DNA of 64,000 nucleotides, taken from assembly GCA_008632985.1 (NCBI GenBank), contig QPGO01000028.1, forward strand, positions 553,598 through 617,597, given 5' to 3'. A program made the position numbers and the translations under genes. The stretch's first letter is position 1. Each line of letters starts with the position of its first letter. The notes beneath the pieces were generated by a model that did no database searches, had not been told where the DNA came from, and saw only the letters and a list, made by a program, of their open reading frames with translations. Shown here one piece after another: positions 26,101-39,329 of this stretch. The DNA is from Psammoneis japonica (Eukaryota).

Positions 26101-29100
26101 CAATGCAGAAACTTCCTTGCAACATGCAAGAGTGGGTGTCAGAGTGTGGTTGAAGCTGTGAAACATGTGGCCAGAAAATGCCACATCACTCTCACAACAG
26201 AAATTCTGCAGAGGAATTCTGGAAGAACCCTTGATTCTGGGAGATTGGGTTGTCTTGATTTTGCCAGAATCTTGACATTGCTGCTGTTTTCACAGGGTGG
26301 GACAGTGCAGCCAGAACAGGAGTGCACAACCAAGGTGGTTGCCACATGGTGGTTGTGCAAGCAGTGTTTTCTCAACCTTGATGGAGAGTTCATGGCAATG
26401 GCGGGGCTGGCACGAAACTGCTTTGGACAACAAACTTGAATGAAGATTCCCCTGTGACCCCAATGGCACCGCAGTTGATGCTGTCATCATGACTCAAAAG
26501 CAAAATTTCAAGTTGAAGCTCAGGCCCATGCCACTTGTGTGAACAGAGCAAATGATGGCAATTTTGCCATCAACTGTGCTTGACAAGGACTGTTGTTTCC
26601 ACAACCAGCAATGACTTTGCAATGGATGCATGTTCTTGGGTCCTCTGGGTCAAGGCCCAGAACAATCATGAAGAAGTGTTGGTGCTTGATCATGCCACTT
26701 GAAACATTGACACCAAATTGTTGAACTTGTTTGCAGACACAGCAAAGAAATGCATTGGAAAACTGTCTGCCAATCAGTGTGACAGAGTGGACAGGTGTGT
26801 TGGCCAAACATGTTGCTGCAGCTGATGCTCCTGGACAAATTAAATGAGCTCCAATCTCACGCACTTTGCATCCTGACTTCTCTTTGCCCAGAGCCACTGC
26901 AGCTGCTCTTTTCTTTGCAAGGATGACAGAGGAAGACAGGGGCTGGAGTTTGCCATTGGCAAAGATGGTGCCCGCTGGGGAATTGGGAGCTGCGCCGGAG
27001 CAGGAGGAGACATGGCACATGACCGCCACCCAAGGTTGTGCAGGACAGAGGGAGTCATTGCTTGTTCTGAACATCGTCACTGCATTGTGTTGCCCATTGT
27101 TCTTCTGATGCTTGAAGGTGATTGAGATTGTGCCAGCCAATGCAAGACCTTGGTCAGAGTGGGAGAGTTCCTTGTTTTCTCTGAAGAAGCAAAGATCATT
27201 CAAAACAAGAATTTCAGTGCACCGATTGCCTTTCATCAAAGAGCATTTGCAAGATTGCACTGCAAAGAACCAGGCTCCGACTGTCAGCTGGCTTGTTGCA
27301 ACATGTCCTTGCAGGCAGTTTGGTTTCACAACAAGGCTCGGAGGAGGGAGGCAGTGATCACTTTCTGCTGTTTCTGCTTTCTGTCTTGGTTCTTGCATCC
27401 TCAGCATTGGTGGATCAGAAGGCAAGAGGGTCAACCATCTTTGTCAAGTCTTGGATCCTTCCGGTCATCAAGCCCGAAGGTCAGCGCCACATTGTTCATG
27501 GTGGCTCTGATGGTGTCTGCCACCAGTCAGTCAAATTGATTGGAGGAGCATCGGCCTTCTTGTGTGGAATTCACCAAATGTGACATTCGCAGCTGAGTGA
27601 AAACAAAACCTGATCTCATCTGTTCATTTGCCCAACAATCTTGCACACGAGAGTGTGCAAACTGCTCTGACTCACAGGACCAGCACAACGCCTGGATTTT
27701 GTCTGCATGGCATTTGGCAGAATGAGTGTGCAGAGAGCTGACAACAAACATCAACAACAGCAAAACAACAATGTGGAGTCGGCACAAATGGCAATGACAG
27801 CAAAGCTGTGGTGCAGGTGAGTTGGTGTGATGCCGCAATGCATGCAAGTGCAATGACACATGTGTGCACTCTGTGTGCAGCAAATGGCAGGGATGACGCA
27901 CAGCAATGCAACTTCACGATTGTGACACTCTCTTGGGTGCAACAATCAAATTTGCTGGGTGTGAGCAATCCCATCATTTTGTTGCACACAGTTGTTTGTG
28001 TTTTGTCATTCTTGAGCTGACAAATGTGCCAAATGCTCCAAAAGAATTTGATGAGTCTTTTCAAAGAATGACAACATCAATGCCACCCACAGCACTCAAT
28101 GCACTCATGGCTGCATTGTTTGATTGTCTCCATTCCCTTCATTTCTGTGGTGGCTGAAACTTGCTGCTTGTGCTCTTGAGAGTTGCTGCTTCTGATCTTT
28201 CATGGTTGAAGTGCAAACATCAACAATGCCAGTGTTTGGAATCTTCACAATGCTTTTGCGCACAAAACTCAAAAATGCTGAAGGTGGGGATGAAGATGGT
28301 GAATTGACGTGTTCCAGCCCCAGGCGATGCACAAAACGACAATCCGTTTTGAGCGCAATTTGCTTGCACAAGCTTTGTGTGTTGAGGCTGTTCACTGAAA
28401 TTCTCATGCATTCTGGCTTTTATGTTCAATCAGAGTGTGAACATTTAAAAGATTTTACATCATTGTTCAAGTCTTTGCGACACATGTGTCACAAAACTGT
28501 TGTGTGGAAGAAACAACGCTGACTGTGCGTCAGTGCTCATGCCACAGAAACTTTTGTGCACTCACGTCAACACCACAAAATGGGCACACAAACATTTCAT
28601 GTCATCCTTCAAACAGCAACAGTGTGTGAATCTTCAAAAATTTTGGCCAAAGTCATCCGTTTGCAACTCGTTTGTTGCAACAAAAAAACATTGACCACAC
28701 AAAAACAACGAGACCCCATTGCAACACTGATGCGAGTCTTGTCAGTGTTGCAAAACATTGTTTGCATTTGTGTGAATCCATGCTTTTCATGGTGAAAGCT
28801 TGTTTGCATGTCAGACACCATGCAAAAATTGTGCGAATGTTGTTTTTGTGCACGTTTTCGCTCATGTGCGGCTGGGACACGTCAATTGACAGAGCGCGGG
28901 GAGGAGTGTTGCTGCCAGCCATTTCATTGCCATGCACTGAAGTTGTTTCAAGTGTTGTTGGTCTTAAGCTGACAATGTTTCATGCCACTGCCACCACTGT
29001 CTCCCTCTCCATCTGTCTCTGCTGTGGTTGCCAGCACAAAACACACTTCTGTCACATCGCCAGCACCCACACCAGTGCAACCAGCATCAAGTGAATCTGG

Positions 29101-29480
29101 AGTTCTCAATGGTGAGGAACCTGCTTGTGCCTCCTCAGCCATGCCCAATTGCTGTTGATGCCACAAACTCGATGGCGTGATGAGAAACCAACGTTTGTTG
29201 TTCTTTTGGGGCACTCTGTTGTTGCTGCGGCAACAAGCCTCGCGTGTGTTGTTGTTTTGTCGTGAGTTGCACTGCAACTGGCACCGGCGCGCATCACGCC
29301 GGTTCACGTGTTGGCGGCATAACGTCGAAACTGTTCGGACCGTTGGAACTGTTGATTCAACGATCAACGATCTAAGTGTTCACATGTCATAAATTACACA
29401 GCAGCTCAACGGCCTTCGCCAAAGTGAAAAACACGCGTCACTCCCGGGTTTTTGCGCGCGCCCTCAGCCCTCACCACCAA
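23180..29480. mobile_element. Heavily decayed repeat block, depleted of both TpA and CpG; mostly unassignable
   Basis: TG/CA-saturated sequence with many spurious Cys/His-rich ORFs. Contains a tyrosine recombinase remnant. Confidence 0.7.
26520..27720 (-). pseudogene. Tyrosine recombinase remnant of a DIRS/Ngaro- or Crypton-like element
   Basis: Motifs GAWFFAVQSCKC (from FFAMRSxEY), SITFKHQKN, SLCPAQPW, EIGAHLICPG (from GTHSIRSG) and LIGRQFSNAFLCCVCKQV (from GRWSSDAFLRYIRKQV). Another frame upstream gives LVADTIRATMNNVALTF..DPRLDKDG..KNQDRKQKQQK. Confidence 0.8.
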
Positions 29481-29862
29481 ACGATGAGACCATTCTACGT
29501 GCAACTCAGGTGCTGTACTGTAGTATGCGCGATAGTTGGACATACGGAGCTTGAGTCCCGCGCGATTATGGTCTCATTTTCGGGAGAGCGAGTCAGTCGC
29601 ATGCGCGAGGCCAGTCGTGCCGTAACTCGGTCGTATGGAACTCCTGTAGCCTGTCGTAGGTCTGGTACGCGCTTTTCACAGTATTGCAATTTTTACTATT
29701 TATTCGTACTTTTAAGAATTTATTTATGTAATCGCGTTAACCGCCGCGGGACTTGTGTCCTGTACGGTGACATCTGTAACGTCTCATAAAAAATTCAACT
29801 CACACGAAATAAGAACTTTGAGGCAAACTACCAATTACCATTCAAGAAGACTTGTGAACAAG

Positions 29863-30402
29863 ATGAAGTTCTCTATCGCTATCGTGCTCAGCCTTTTGGC
29901 TTCCGTTGGAGTCGTCGTCAACGCAGATGGCAGAGTTGCCAAGATAAAGTACACTGAAAGCCCGCCAGAAGGCTGCATGACGGTCCAAGGAGACGGATTG
30001 AAATATGTCGCTTGCGAAAGCGCTGACTCATGGTATGTTGATTTTGACACCAATAAGTTCCGTTTGAATTCTGATCGGAGCAAGTGCATCCAGATTGCCT
30101 CAGGCGGACCATTTAAGGATGGGTCTAAGATGCGACTAGCGGACTGCTCCAACGACCCTTACCTCAATCGCCTTCAAAAGTTTGAACTTCAGGATGACAT
30201 TCGCCCCAAAATTTTTCCCGACTACTGCGTCACCGTTCATGGGAATCCGCATCGCCTCGGCAACGATATTATTCTCAAGCTGTGCCAAAACCTTAATGAT
30301 CGAGACATTGGGTCATGGGATTATCCGGACCCTAATAGGAGAAACCTTAGAAGTAATCCGTCCTCTGTTGGTAGCTGGAAACTGACGTATATCGAGGAGT
30401 AA
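29863..30402 (+). CDS. Secreted ricin-B-lectin-like (beta-trefoil) protein
   Basis: Signal peptide MKFSIAIVLSLLASVGVVVNA. Three Cys-pair repeats (GCMTV..VAC, KCIQI..LADC, YCVTV..KLC) with QxF/W endings. Confidence 0.7.
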   Translation: MKFSIAIVLSLLASVGVVVNADGRVAKIKYTESPPEGCMTVQGDGLKYVACESADSWYVDFDTNKFRLNSDRSKCIQIASGGPFKDGSKMRLADCSNDPYLNRLQKFELQDDIRPKIFPDYCVTVHGNPHRLGNDIILKLCQNLNDRDIGSWDYPDPNRRNLRSNPSSVGSWKLTYIEE

Positions 30403-30789
30403 CTCTGACTTTGGATTGTACTGTTTTGTCATACCGAGACTTGCAGAATCCATGCTTGTTCATGTTCTTGCCTCATCGGGCATTTGATAGCTGGAAACTG
30501 ACTAACATCAAGGAGAAACCTGACTTTGGATTGTATCGTTACATGCTCGTTTTATATTCTTGCCTCATCGGGCAATCGATAGGTCGTCTTAAAAGACACC
30601 ATTCATTTTAAATCATAAGTAGTAGTTCATTGGTCATCTATCTACAGCAGCTAACAAGTCCAAAAACTTTGTACAGTAGGTTACACGAATCTCGTCATTT
30701 CGAACCCCAACGAACAACAAAACGGAGCACCCCCGATCCTTTGATTTGCTTGCAGCACTCCAGCTCGACTAGTAGGAACCAAGACAAGA

Positions 30790-31550
30790 CTTGGTTCAAT
30801 CCATCTCGGAAGGAGCCATCGTTGCCCTTGCGGCTACAATTCTTGTAGAACGCCAGCCAATTCCAGCAACGTGCAGGAAAACGCATTCCGCCGTGCAATG
30901 CCATTGTGTTTGGTCAACGCGGCAGGGTGCTCTGTCATCTGTACTACGTATCTTGCACTTGCAATCAGCTTTCCGACACTGACGGACAAGTCCAAGGACT
31001 GGATTGAAAATCAAAAAATGGAACGGTTTGATTTCTTTTTGTTGTCTTTTATCCCTTTGCTGTTGGTTTTCATTATGAGCATCCATCTTCAGTTTGGGTT
31101 GTGTCTGACTGCTGTTCCTGCTGTAATATAATCGAAAACAAGTCGGCGAGTTAAGCTCTGAAACGGGCCCGCCAACTCTATCCGAGAGATATTTTCTCGC
31201 CCTTCGTCTGGGTCTGTGCCCTTTTGTTCCTGGGGTACCATTCATGCGTATATTATGTAAATGTGTCGACAATTGAGGATTTCGATACGTGGGGAGCCGG
31301 CGCTTTTCTGAAGGATAGCGTTTTCTACAGAGCTTTGGCCGGTATCGTCTATTATCCAACCATGGCGGTTGTGCGCACAATTGCGTTCTTAGAGTGGAGG
31401 CTCAAAACAGAGAACAAGGGGTTGGCTGCATTGAGACAAGATGTGAGTAAGGACGACGACGCAAGCAGCAACCAAGAGACAGAAGAAAACCAGACACCAT
31501 TGTTGAACGACAATCTTGTCCAGGATAACATGTCGTTAGTGGTCGTTTGA
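30790..31550 (+). pseudogene. Frameshifted multi-pass membrane protein gene or fragment of unknown family
   Basis: Three successive hydrophobic ORF pieces (30791.., 30871.., 31224..) end in a polar tail. TpA content is normal. Confidence 0.4.
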
Positions 31551-31859
31551 ATAAGATGGTATCAGCCGGTCACCGAGTTGGTATAGTAAGTAGGTGGAAA
31601 TAAATCGCGACGCTTTACTTTTAGTTTTAACAGCCCAGCATTAGGGCTAGTGGGTTAACCGCATTTTGAGCATGCATAACGTATAACATCGTGCTAGCCT
31701 GTGCGGTCGCGTCTTTTGCGGTTTGAAGAAAAGGAGCAGACTGCAAGTCCTCGCCACCCACACTCGAGGTATGCTCTCCACGAATAATAGAGAGTTCGAT
31801 GGACTCCCTCATTCATGCTTCACTTATTAGACGAGAGGCATTGGCTGGATTCCATTCAT

Positions 31860-32660
31860 TTGCCGCGTGAACCGAATCAGAATTGGCAAACTCGGCGTCC
31901 AATCCAAACGTAAAACACAAGACCCAACCGCGCGGTCGAGCCAGTGACTGGAGGAGCTCTGTGGAAACTGTGTGCTCCTGAAAAGAAGATGAGCATGCCA
32001 GGTTCGGGAAGGATGCTTCTCATTTTATCAACCTTTCCCTCCATGACAACTTCTCTCACAGTGTCGTGACCCTGCGTGTCATTTTTGTCGAGAGTGGATC
32101 GACTCCATGGCACACATTCAAACTCTCCCCCATTTTCGCCATTCTGTTGACAGAGAACTGCAGTGCAGGGACTTTCATCAAAGTGCCAACAAGGCGCCTT
32201 GTGTTTGTCATGTGTCTGGCATGAATGGACAGACCCATTTTCATCGGTCGACCTGCACAGTGGCTTGGCAGCAACCTCCGAAAGAAAGCGCAACAATCGA
32301 TCATCCTCACAAAGTGACATTCCTCATCGATCAACGGTTTCTTCCAATGATTTCCTCCCCCACAAAGGACGTGGATGCATGGGTCATAAAGTTGCGCGGA
32401 TGAGACGGTGGGTGAGCTTCATGATCGCCCTGACATTGCCAGCAGGTGCAGCACTGAGTGGATTCATTTTGCACGGGCACGACAGAATCTCATCCTTGAG
32501 CCGTCGCATCCCATCGGGTGATGCAAAGTTGCGGATCATCATTGCACCATCATCTCGAAGTGTTGTCCGACATTGCTTGAGGATGGTTGTTCTCGAGCAA
32601 AGACCAGTTGAACATCAGGTCGTTCTTGGTGCTTGTTGTGCGTGAGCTCGTTGACATGAT
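31860..32660 (-). pseudogene. 2OG-Fe(II) oxygenase (HalD/BesD/ArpA-like) pseudogene, TpA-mutated
   Basis: Motifs WHFDESP, GGEFECVP and PGMLIFFSGAHSFHRA..VTG..RLGLVF. Upstream frame QCRTTLRDDGAMMIRNF. Probable Tyr positions read Cys or His. Confidence 0.75.
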
Positions 32661-32749
32661 GTTTCGCGGGTTTTTCGGTGTGGCAGGAGCAGTTCAAAGA
32701 TGTGTCAGAACAACAACTAATTCGGTGATCAGAGATTGGGGCTCAACCA

Positions 32750-35575
32750 AGACAATGTGGGCCATGCTGGAGTTGCGACAAGTGCTGGCCAAGTTCCCTG
32801 AGTTGTTTGATGGAAAATTGGGTTGGTGTCCTCACAAGTTGGTCCACTTGGACATTGATCCCGCCACAGTTCCCATCCATGCCCAAGTGCACTCTGTTCC
32901 AAGAGTTCATGAAGAGGTTTTCAAGAAAGAGCTTCAGCATCTTGCTCAGATGAAGGTGTTGAGACCTTGTGGTCCTGCTCAATGGGTGTCTCCTTCATTT
33001 GTCATTCCCAAAAAGGATCAGCGAGTGTGGCGGGCATCTGATTTTTGTGTGCTCAACAATGCCTTAAAGAGGTTGATTTGCCCCTTGCCAAGGATTCAAG
33101 ATGTTTTCAAGAAAAGGAAAGGACACAAGCATTTTGCCAAGTTGGGCTTGTCCATGTTCTGTTGCACCTTGGAATTGGATGAGGAGTCCAAAGAGCTGTG
33201 CACTGTTGCTTGTTGCTCCTTGTGGCAAGCTCCAATGTTGTCAACTCGAGATGGGATTGAAGCCAGCTCCGGACATTGCTCAAGTGGTGATCGAGGAAGT
33301 GTCAAATGGCATGGATGCAGATTGTTTTGTTGATGATGTTGGTCTCTTCTCAATCTTTTGGTTGGAACATTTTGCAACATTGAGTGCTGTGCTGAAACGG
33401 CTGGAAGAAAAGGGTTTGAAAGCAAATCCGCTCAAGTGTGAATGGGCCGTTCAAGAAACTGACTTTCTCGGATGTCAGATGACTCCAGAAGGTGTCAGAC
33501 CTTGCCACCCCACAAAACAACTCTGGAAAACCAAATTTACATAGAAGGAGCACCAGGGCCCCAGCAGAAATGACAAATGAGTCGGGAATGTCCAGAAACT
33601 GTGTAGAATCCATCGTAGAATCAGCGCCAGGGATGTCAAAAAATCATGAAATTCCGGACTCATTTGGCATTTCTGCTGGGTCCCTGGTGCTTCTTCTGCG
33701 TAAATTTGGTTTTCCAGAGTTCTTTTGCAGGGCAGCTTGGAAGAAGAAAGTGGAGGCAGTGCCCAAGCTTTCTCCTCCTAAGAACAACATGCAACTTAGA
33801 TCTTTCATTGGAGCTGTCACTTGCTGTCATGACATGTGGCCTTGGCGATCGCATGTTTTGGCACCATTGACAGAACTGATGGGAAAGCAACATTTTGAGT
33901 GGACACCAGCTTGTCAGAAAGCCTTTGAAGAGATCAAGACCATTGTGGTGGGTGATGTGTTGCTTGCTTGCCCTGATCATGACCTTTCTTTCCAGGTTCG
34001 CACAGATGCAAGCAGCTGTCAGCTTGGCACAATGATCACACAAAATGGCAAGTTGATTGCGTGTTGGTTCCAAAAACTTGTCACAGCCCAGAAGAACTGC
34101 TCTGCTGTGGAAAAAGAAATGCTTGCTGCAGTTCTTTGTTTTAAAGAGCTCCAATCTGTGTTGTTGGGAGCTGACACAACAGCCCACACGGACCACAAAA
34201 ATTTGACTTTCAAGATGCTCAACACGCAACAAGTGCTTTGTTGGTGCCTTTTTCTCAAAGAATTTGCACTCAAGTTCAAATGTGTCAAGGGCAAGGAAAA
34301 CATTGTGGCTGATTTCTTTTCACAATTTCCTCATGTGGAGGAAACCATGGAAGGGAAGAGTTTTTCTAAAGTGAAGTCAAAAGGCACCATTGTTGATTTC
34401 TCTCTTCCTCCAATTGCTGATGCTCCAGAAGACGAGTTGTTGGAAGAAGGTTTGGGTCCCAAGTTGAGCACCTTGTTCTCCTGCACCATTCAAGATCAGG
34501 AGCTGGTGGATTGTTTTCTGAATTGTCCAAGTCCAGAAGAGATTCAGCATCCTCTGAATCATCCTGACATGCAAAACTTTCAGTTTGAAGATCAAGAGCT
34601 GAATCAAGAGCGGCAAAGGAATCCACTTCATTTTCCAACTCGAAATGTTGGCGAAACTCCATTGATTTGTTGGAGGCCTGAACTCAATGCACAAGAGGTC
34701 AGAATGATTGGAAAATTGCTTTGCCAACTGCTGCCTTGTTGCTCCCATTGTCAGGTGGTGTCATCAAGTTTTGTTTCACTGTGGCATGCAGAAGCTCTGC
34801 CACACGATTTGTGTGCATTGTTGTCACACGTTGCTGTGTCGATTGGTCAAAAATTGTCGCTGCAACACGTGCCGAATGAACAACAAGCTCTGGGGAGCTG
34901 GGTGTGGTTTTGTTTGCCACCAAGAGAAGCTCCTTCAGTTCCTTAGGATGAAGTCACTGTTGATTTAATTGGTCCTTGGAAAATGCAAGCACAAGGACAG
35001 GAGGTGGAGTTTGAAGCTCTGGCTGTGATTGATGCTGTTTCTGACCTGGTTGAGTTGGCTCGCATTGACAACAAAACTTCAGATCATGTGCAGATGAAGT
35101 TTGCCAATTGCTGGCCAATGAGATGTCCAAGGCTGAACCATTGCATTCATGGCAAGGGCGGTGAATTCATTGGACAACCATTTCAGATTCCATTGGCGAG
35201 AGCAGGAATCAAGGGCGCAGAGGCCACCACTGAAAATCCTCAAGCCAATGCCGTGTGCAAGAGAATGCATCAAACTGCTGGCAACATTGTTCACAGAATG
35301 GTTGGAGGACATCCTCCACACAATGTGATGGGAGCTCAGCAGATTGTTGATGATGCATTGGCCACTGCCATGCACAGTCTGCAATGTGCCACTTCGAGAG
35401 TTTTGGGCATTTCACCTGGATGGAGCTCCAATCCACCAAAGAGACGTGTTTCATGATTTGCCTCTCATTGGAGATTCAATTGCCATTTGGAGTCATTGAC
35501 AAGTGTTGATTGATGACAACTTGTGCCAACAAAACCTCAAAAGACACATTTTCGACTGTCGTGTTGGGCAACAAA
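32750..35575 (+). mobile_element. Truncated Ty3/gypsy pol remnant (RT-RNaseH-integrase); no LTRs seen
   Basis: Motifs LFDGKLG, WVSPSFVIPKKD, PLPRIQD, LELDEESKELCT, CFVDDV, LRSFIGAV, TDASSCQLG, EKEMLA, TDHKNL, DLIGPW and NPQANAVCKRMHQ. Confidence 0.93.
33505..33735. mobile_element. 231-bp MITE inserted in the gypsy RT
   Basis: Terminal inverted repeats of about 85 bp. 4-bp TSD cttg at 33501-33504 and 33736-33739. Removing it restores aga cct tgg aag (TPEGVRP-WKKKV). Confidence 0.92.
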
Positions 35576-35850
35576 TTTGATCATGACAGACAATGTAAAC
35601 TTCTGCATCACAATTACGTCAGCGGCTGCAAGATTTGGGAGATTCAAATGACCGCCACATCCCGATCACTGGTCAACCCCCATGCGTCATGCGGACGTCA
35701 CTCACCCACCCCGCCCTGCCATTTTGTTTTCAACTGCATTGACGAATGTGATCATGATTTGAAATTAAAACCTGCCGTCATTGTTGGCATGCCCACTTGC
35801 TCGCATCAAAGGCCCCACCAACATTCATCATCATTCTGAGCTTTGTCACC

Positions 35851-38800
35851 ATGGTTTCCTTTTTTGATTCTGACTCAGACGATGACTCCATTGCCTCTGA
35901 TGAATTTGGGTGTTGTCCCACCGATGACGAAGAGGATGACGAAGAGGATGTCTCTGACATCCCCCCACTTGGTCCTCGCATGCACGATCCGGATGAATTG
36001 GATGACGAAGAGGAGGAACTGGCTGTTGATGACGATGACTCCTTGTTTCTTGATGACACCAACGCACATCGCGCCGCCGTTGCTGCTGCTTTACGCAACC
36101 ATGAAGCAGACAGAGAAAATCATGATGACGACAATGGTGGTGGCTGGCACCAAGCCGGTGACCAGTTGTTTGCTGATCGCGAGGAAGAGCAGGACGATGA
36201 CAATGCATCGCTTTGTGATCCAAACAACCTGTGCGACATGCTCAGTGTTGTTGACACCATGTTCGCTGGGTTGGAATCCGATTGGAAAAGCCCCATGGCA
36301 ATGCCCATTGCTCTCGTCATGACCAAGGGAATTCTGCCATCCCAATTTCTGGATGAAGACATCACCGAGTTTTTGGGCGGGGGCCCCAAGGTAAATCTGC
36401 ACAAAGGTGCTCTTGTTCACTTCAACAATGTGAAATGCCCCCCTCCGCCCCCACCTGTCAAGGGATGCAGCAAAGCCAACGTAACATGCAGCACTCTGTG
36501 CGCAGACATCTGCTCTCTCGCCCACACTTCAGGATTCGAAACCACAGCCAATGGGTCGGGCCGCATCCTTTGCCAATTGCACTCACGCAAGAGACACCCA
36601 GCAGACTCTTCACTCAAGCAACTCAGGCAATGTGCATCGCAAGTCGTCTCTTCGAGATGATCATCATCGCAACAATCGCAAGCAAGGAAACAAGAGACAG
36701 CCTCGTCGCACCCAAACCACAAAGTCAATCGGTCCCGAAGACACCTGTGGATGGATTCTCCAAATCAAGAGTGACCAATTTGGGCATCACTTCATTTGTG
36801 GCAATGGTCATTGTTGTCACGAGAACCACATGTGCCGTCTCCCCGAGGAAATTGTTGCCAAGGTCAGACACATTGGTTCGTCGGAGATCACCACCATGAA
36901 GCAAATGAGAAAAGGTCATTTGGGTGCAGGACATGTTCGCAACTACATTCTGGCCAACGAGGATTTTTTTTTGACAAGGTCGCAAATCCAGCACGTGATG
37001 AGAGCAGCTGACAAAGAAAATCTTGCTCCGTTGATTCCCCCAGCTGACGCCACTCTCCAGGATGGCATGATGGAGTTGCAACGTTTCTTTGACAGCTGGG
37101 ACTGCATCGACTGTTGCATGCTCGCAAGTGGCAAACGCCAGTCGGACTCCTGACCGACAGCGAAATCTGCAATTTCAGTCTGCCTTGCTCTTCAATGAAG
37201 TGAGAGTCGACGGCAAAAGACAAGTGCAAGACTTGGAGCAGTTGTGTTCTGACGTGATGCAACAGTGTCAACGTGAGCAAGACTCCTTCAAGCTTCGATC
37301 TTGTGACAATCTTTTCATTGGTTCTGCCTGGACCATTGGTGGTGAGGAACGATTGTTCCGCATGTTGCCTCATGTCGTAAAAGTGAGAAGAGGACGCTCC
37401 TCACATTTTCAGCAAGATCACCGGATGGATTGCACCTCGTTTTCCTGCGTGTCTGCTTGCCGGACCAGACTCAACCCACCTTTCGCTGGGTGTTCCAAGT
37501 CACTCTTCCAACGCTTTTGGACAAGGCTTCCTTGCAACGCATCCACATGATGTTCACCGACGGTGATTCCCAAGAGATTGAAGAGCTTCGTGATGCCATC
37601 CGGAGGCACATGCCGGGAACACACCAAGCAAGATGTGGATGGCACATTGTCGAAAAAGGTTGGACGATGCACTGTCCCGGAGAAAAAAGTGCATCCGCTG
37701 GACCCACAAGGGAACAGTTCAAGCTTTTTGTTGCCACAATGAAGGCGTGGTTGCACTTGTTCATGCATCCTGGTGGATGCAAAAACGAGGAGGAAATGAT
37801 GGTGTCCAAGGCTCTTCTGCTCATGTTCCTTCATTCTCTGCTTGTTCTCCAAGTTTGCGATGGTGTCGAATCAACACCCAGCCGTTTCTTTGTGTTTGTC
37901 CATGGCAAAGTTTTCGACAAGGAAGCGAGTTACGCCCACTGCAAAAAAAATGGATTCAACATTATGAAGAAGCAAACAACTCGAGTCATGAAGGAACAAA
38001 TTTTGGCATGAAAAGTCACGCCACGCCAGTCCATCCGTCGCAAAACCTTGCAACTGGTGCAACCAATCTAGCCATGCAGTCGGATGTGAAGGTGGCGGAA
38101 TTGACCAGGGAATCAAGCAGGATGGCGCACACACGGTGCCTTTGGTCAAAGCTCCCAACAGCCAATCACATGCTGACAAAGTGTGAGGGCATGCTGGCAC
38201 AATGTTGGAAGGCCGTCCATTTCTATGAGATTGGGCGAAGGCCGAACCCTCAAGGAATTGATCCCAACATTGCAGTTTGGGAAGTGGTTTGCAAAGCACC
38301 AAGCAAAGAAGAAGGAACAAACTCTCAAGGAGACCCAGAAGACCAAGCAAGGACGGATCAAGAATGTGTCGATGAGGTTGGCAACCCATTCTTCAAGTGC
38401 ATGCCGAAGTTCCGCCGGGTTCATGTTGCAAGAATGGACGGAGCGTGTGTCCTTCATTGCACCTGTGCTGAGTTCCAACGCACAGGCATGGGATGCATTC
38501 ACCAGATGTCCACAATGAAGCACGAGTTGGGGAACCAATTTAAAGGTTTCTCTCATCATGACATGTCCATCGCATGGTGGCACAAGCACTTCCACCATGC
38601 GTTCAGTGGAGACAAGCATGTGGATGGGCTTGACGACATTTTCGAAACGTTGTTGGACAATGACGTAAAGGGTCCCCAGATGCCGGATCACTTTGATGCG
38701 TCCATTGCACCTGAGCCATCCACCTGTGATGAGTCTGCATTTGATGCTCCCCATGATGTCATGTCCTCTTTGACGAACTGCTCAGTGGAACAAGCAAAGC

Positions 38801-39282
38801 TTGCTGTCGATTCAACCATGCCTTTGTTCAACACCGCTGCCACTGGGTTTTCACAAATGTCGAACGTCAACACAAACGATGACGACAATGAAGAAGACCA
38901 AGACCTTGCGTTTGGTTTTCTAGAGGAAGCTTGTCAATCCGGATGTGAAGCATGGTCTCAAAACTTCCATCAAGAAGTGGTTGCAATTGCGGACCAAAGT
39001 GTGCGGAACATTTTGGTGCCCAGGATTAACACCCTCGCAGGGTTGTTTGAATCTCAAGATGTGTCATCTGTGGACATGCCAGATGTTGCACCCTTGGCTA
39101 CGATGACAGACAAGATGATTGCAGACATGCGGGGCAAGATGCACTCTCTGCGTCTTCCTTCGTCGATCCGGGATGAGGATGACACACCTCATTGGGTGTC
39201 GAATTGTTCCGAGAGAGACACCAAGTGCCGACACACACACACATGCCGCAATGGTCTAACTGAATGGCAACACACACAGTGA
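35851..39282 (+). pseudogene. Mutator-like (MULE) transposase with SWIM zinc finger, disrupted
   Basis: Motifs FIGSAW..EERLFRMLPHV, FRWVFQVTLPTLL, MFTDGDSQEI, ARCGWHIV, NNSSHEGTNFGMK and SWIM CTCAEFQRTGMGCIH. Several frameshifts. Confidence 0.85.
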
Positions 39283-39329
39283 CAAATGCAAATGTTTGTT
39301 GCAAGTGCAACACACACTGACAGAACGAG

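Noticed and set aside
22861..29539. ccaactat...atagttgg as TIRs of one 6.7-kb element
   Set aside because: Only 8 bp match exactly, the extension is weak, and there is no TSD.
30367..30575. Small tandem duplication at the 3' end of the lectin gene
   Set aside because: It is real but ordinary, with no evidence of function.
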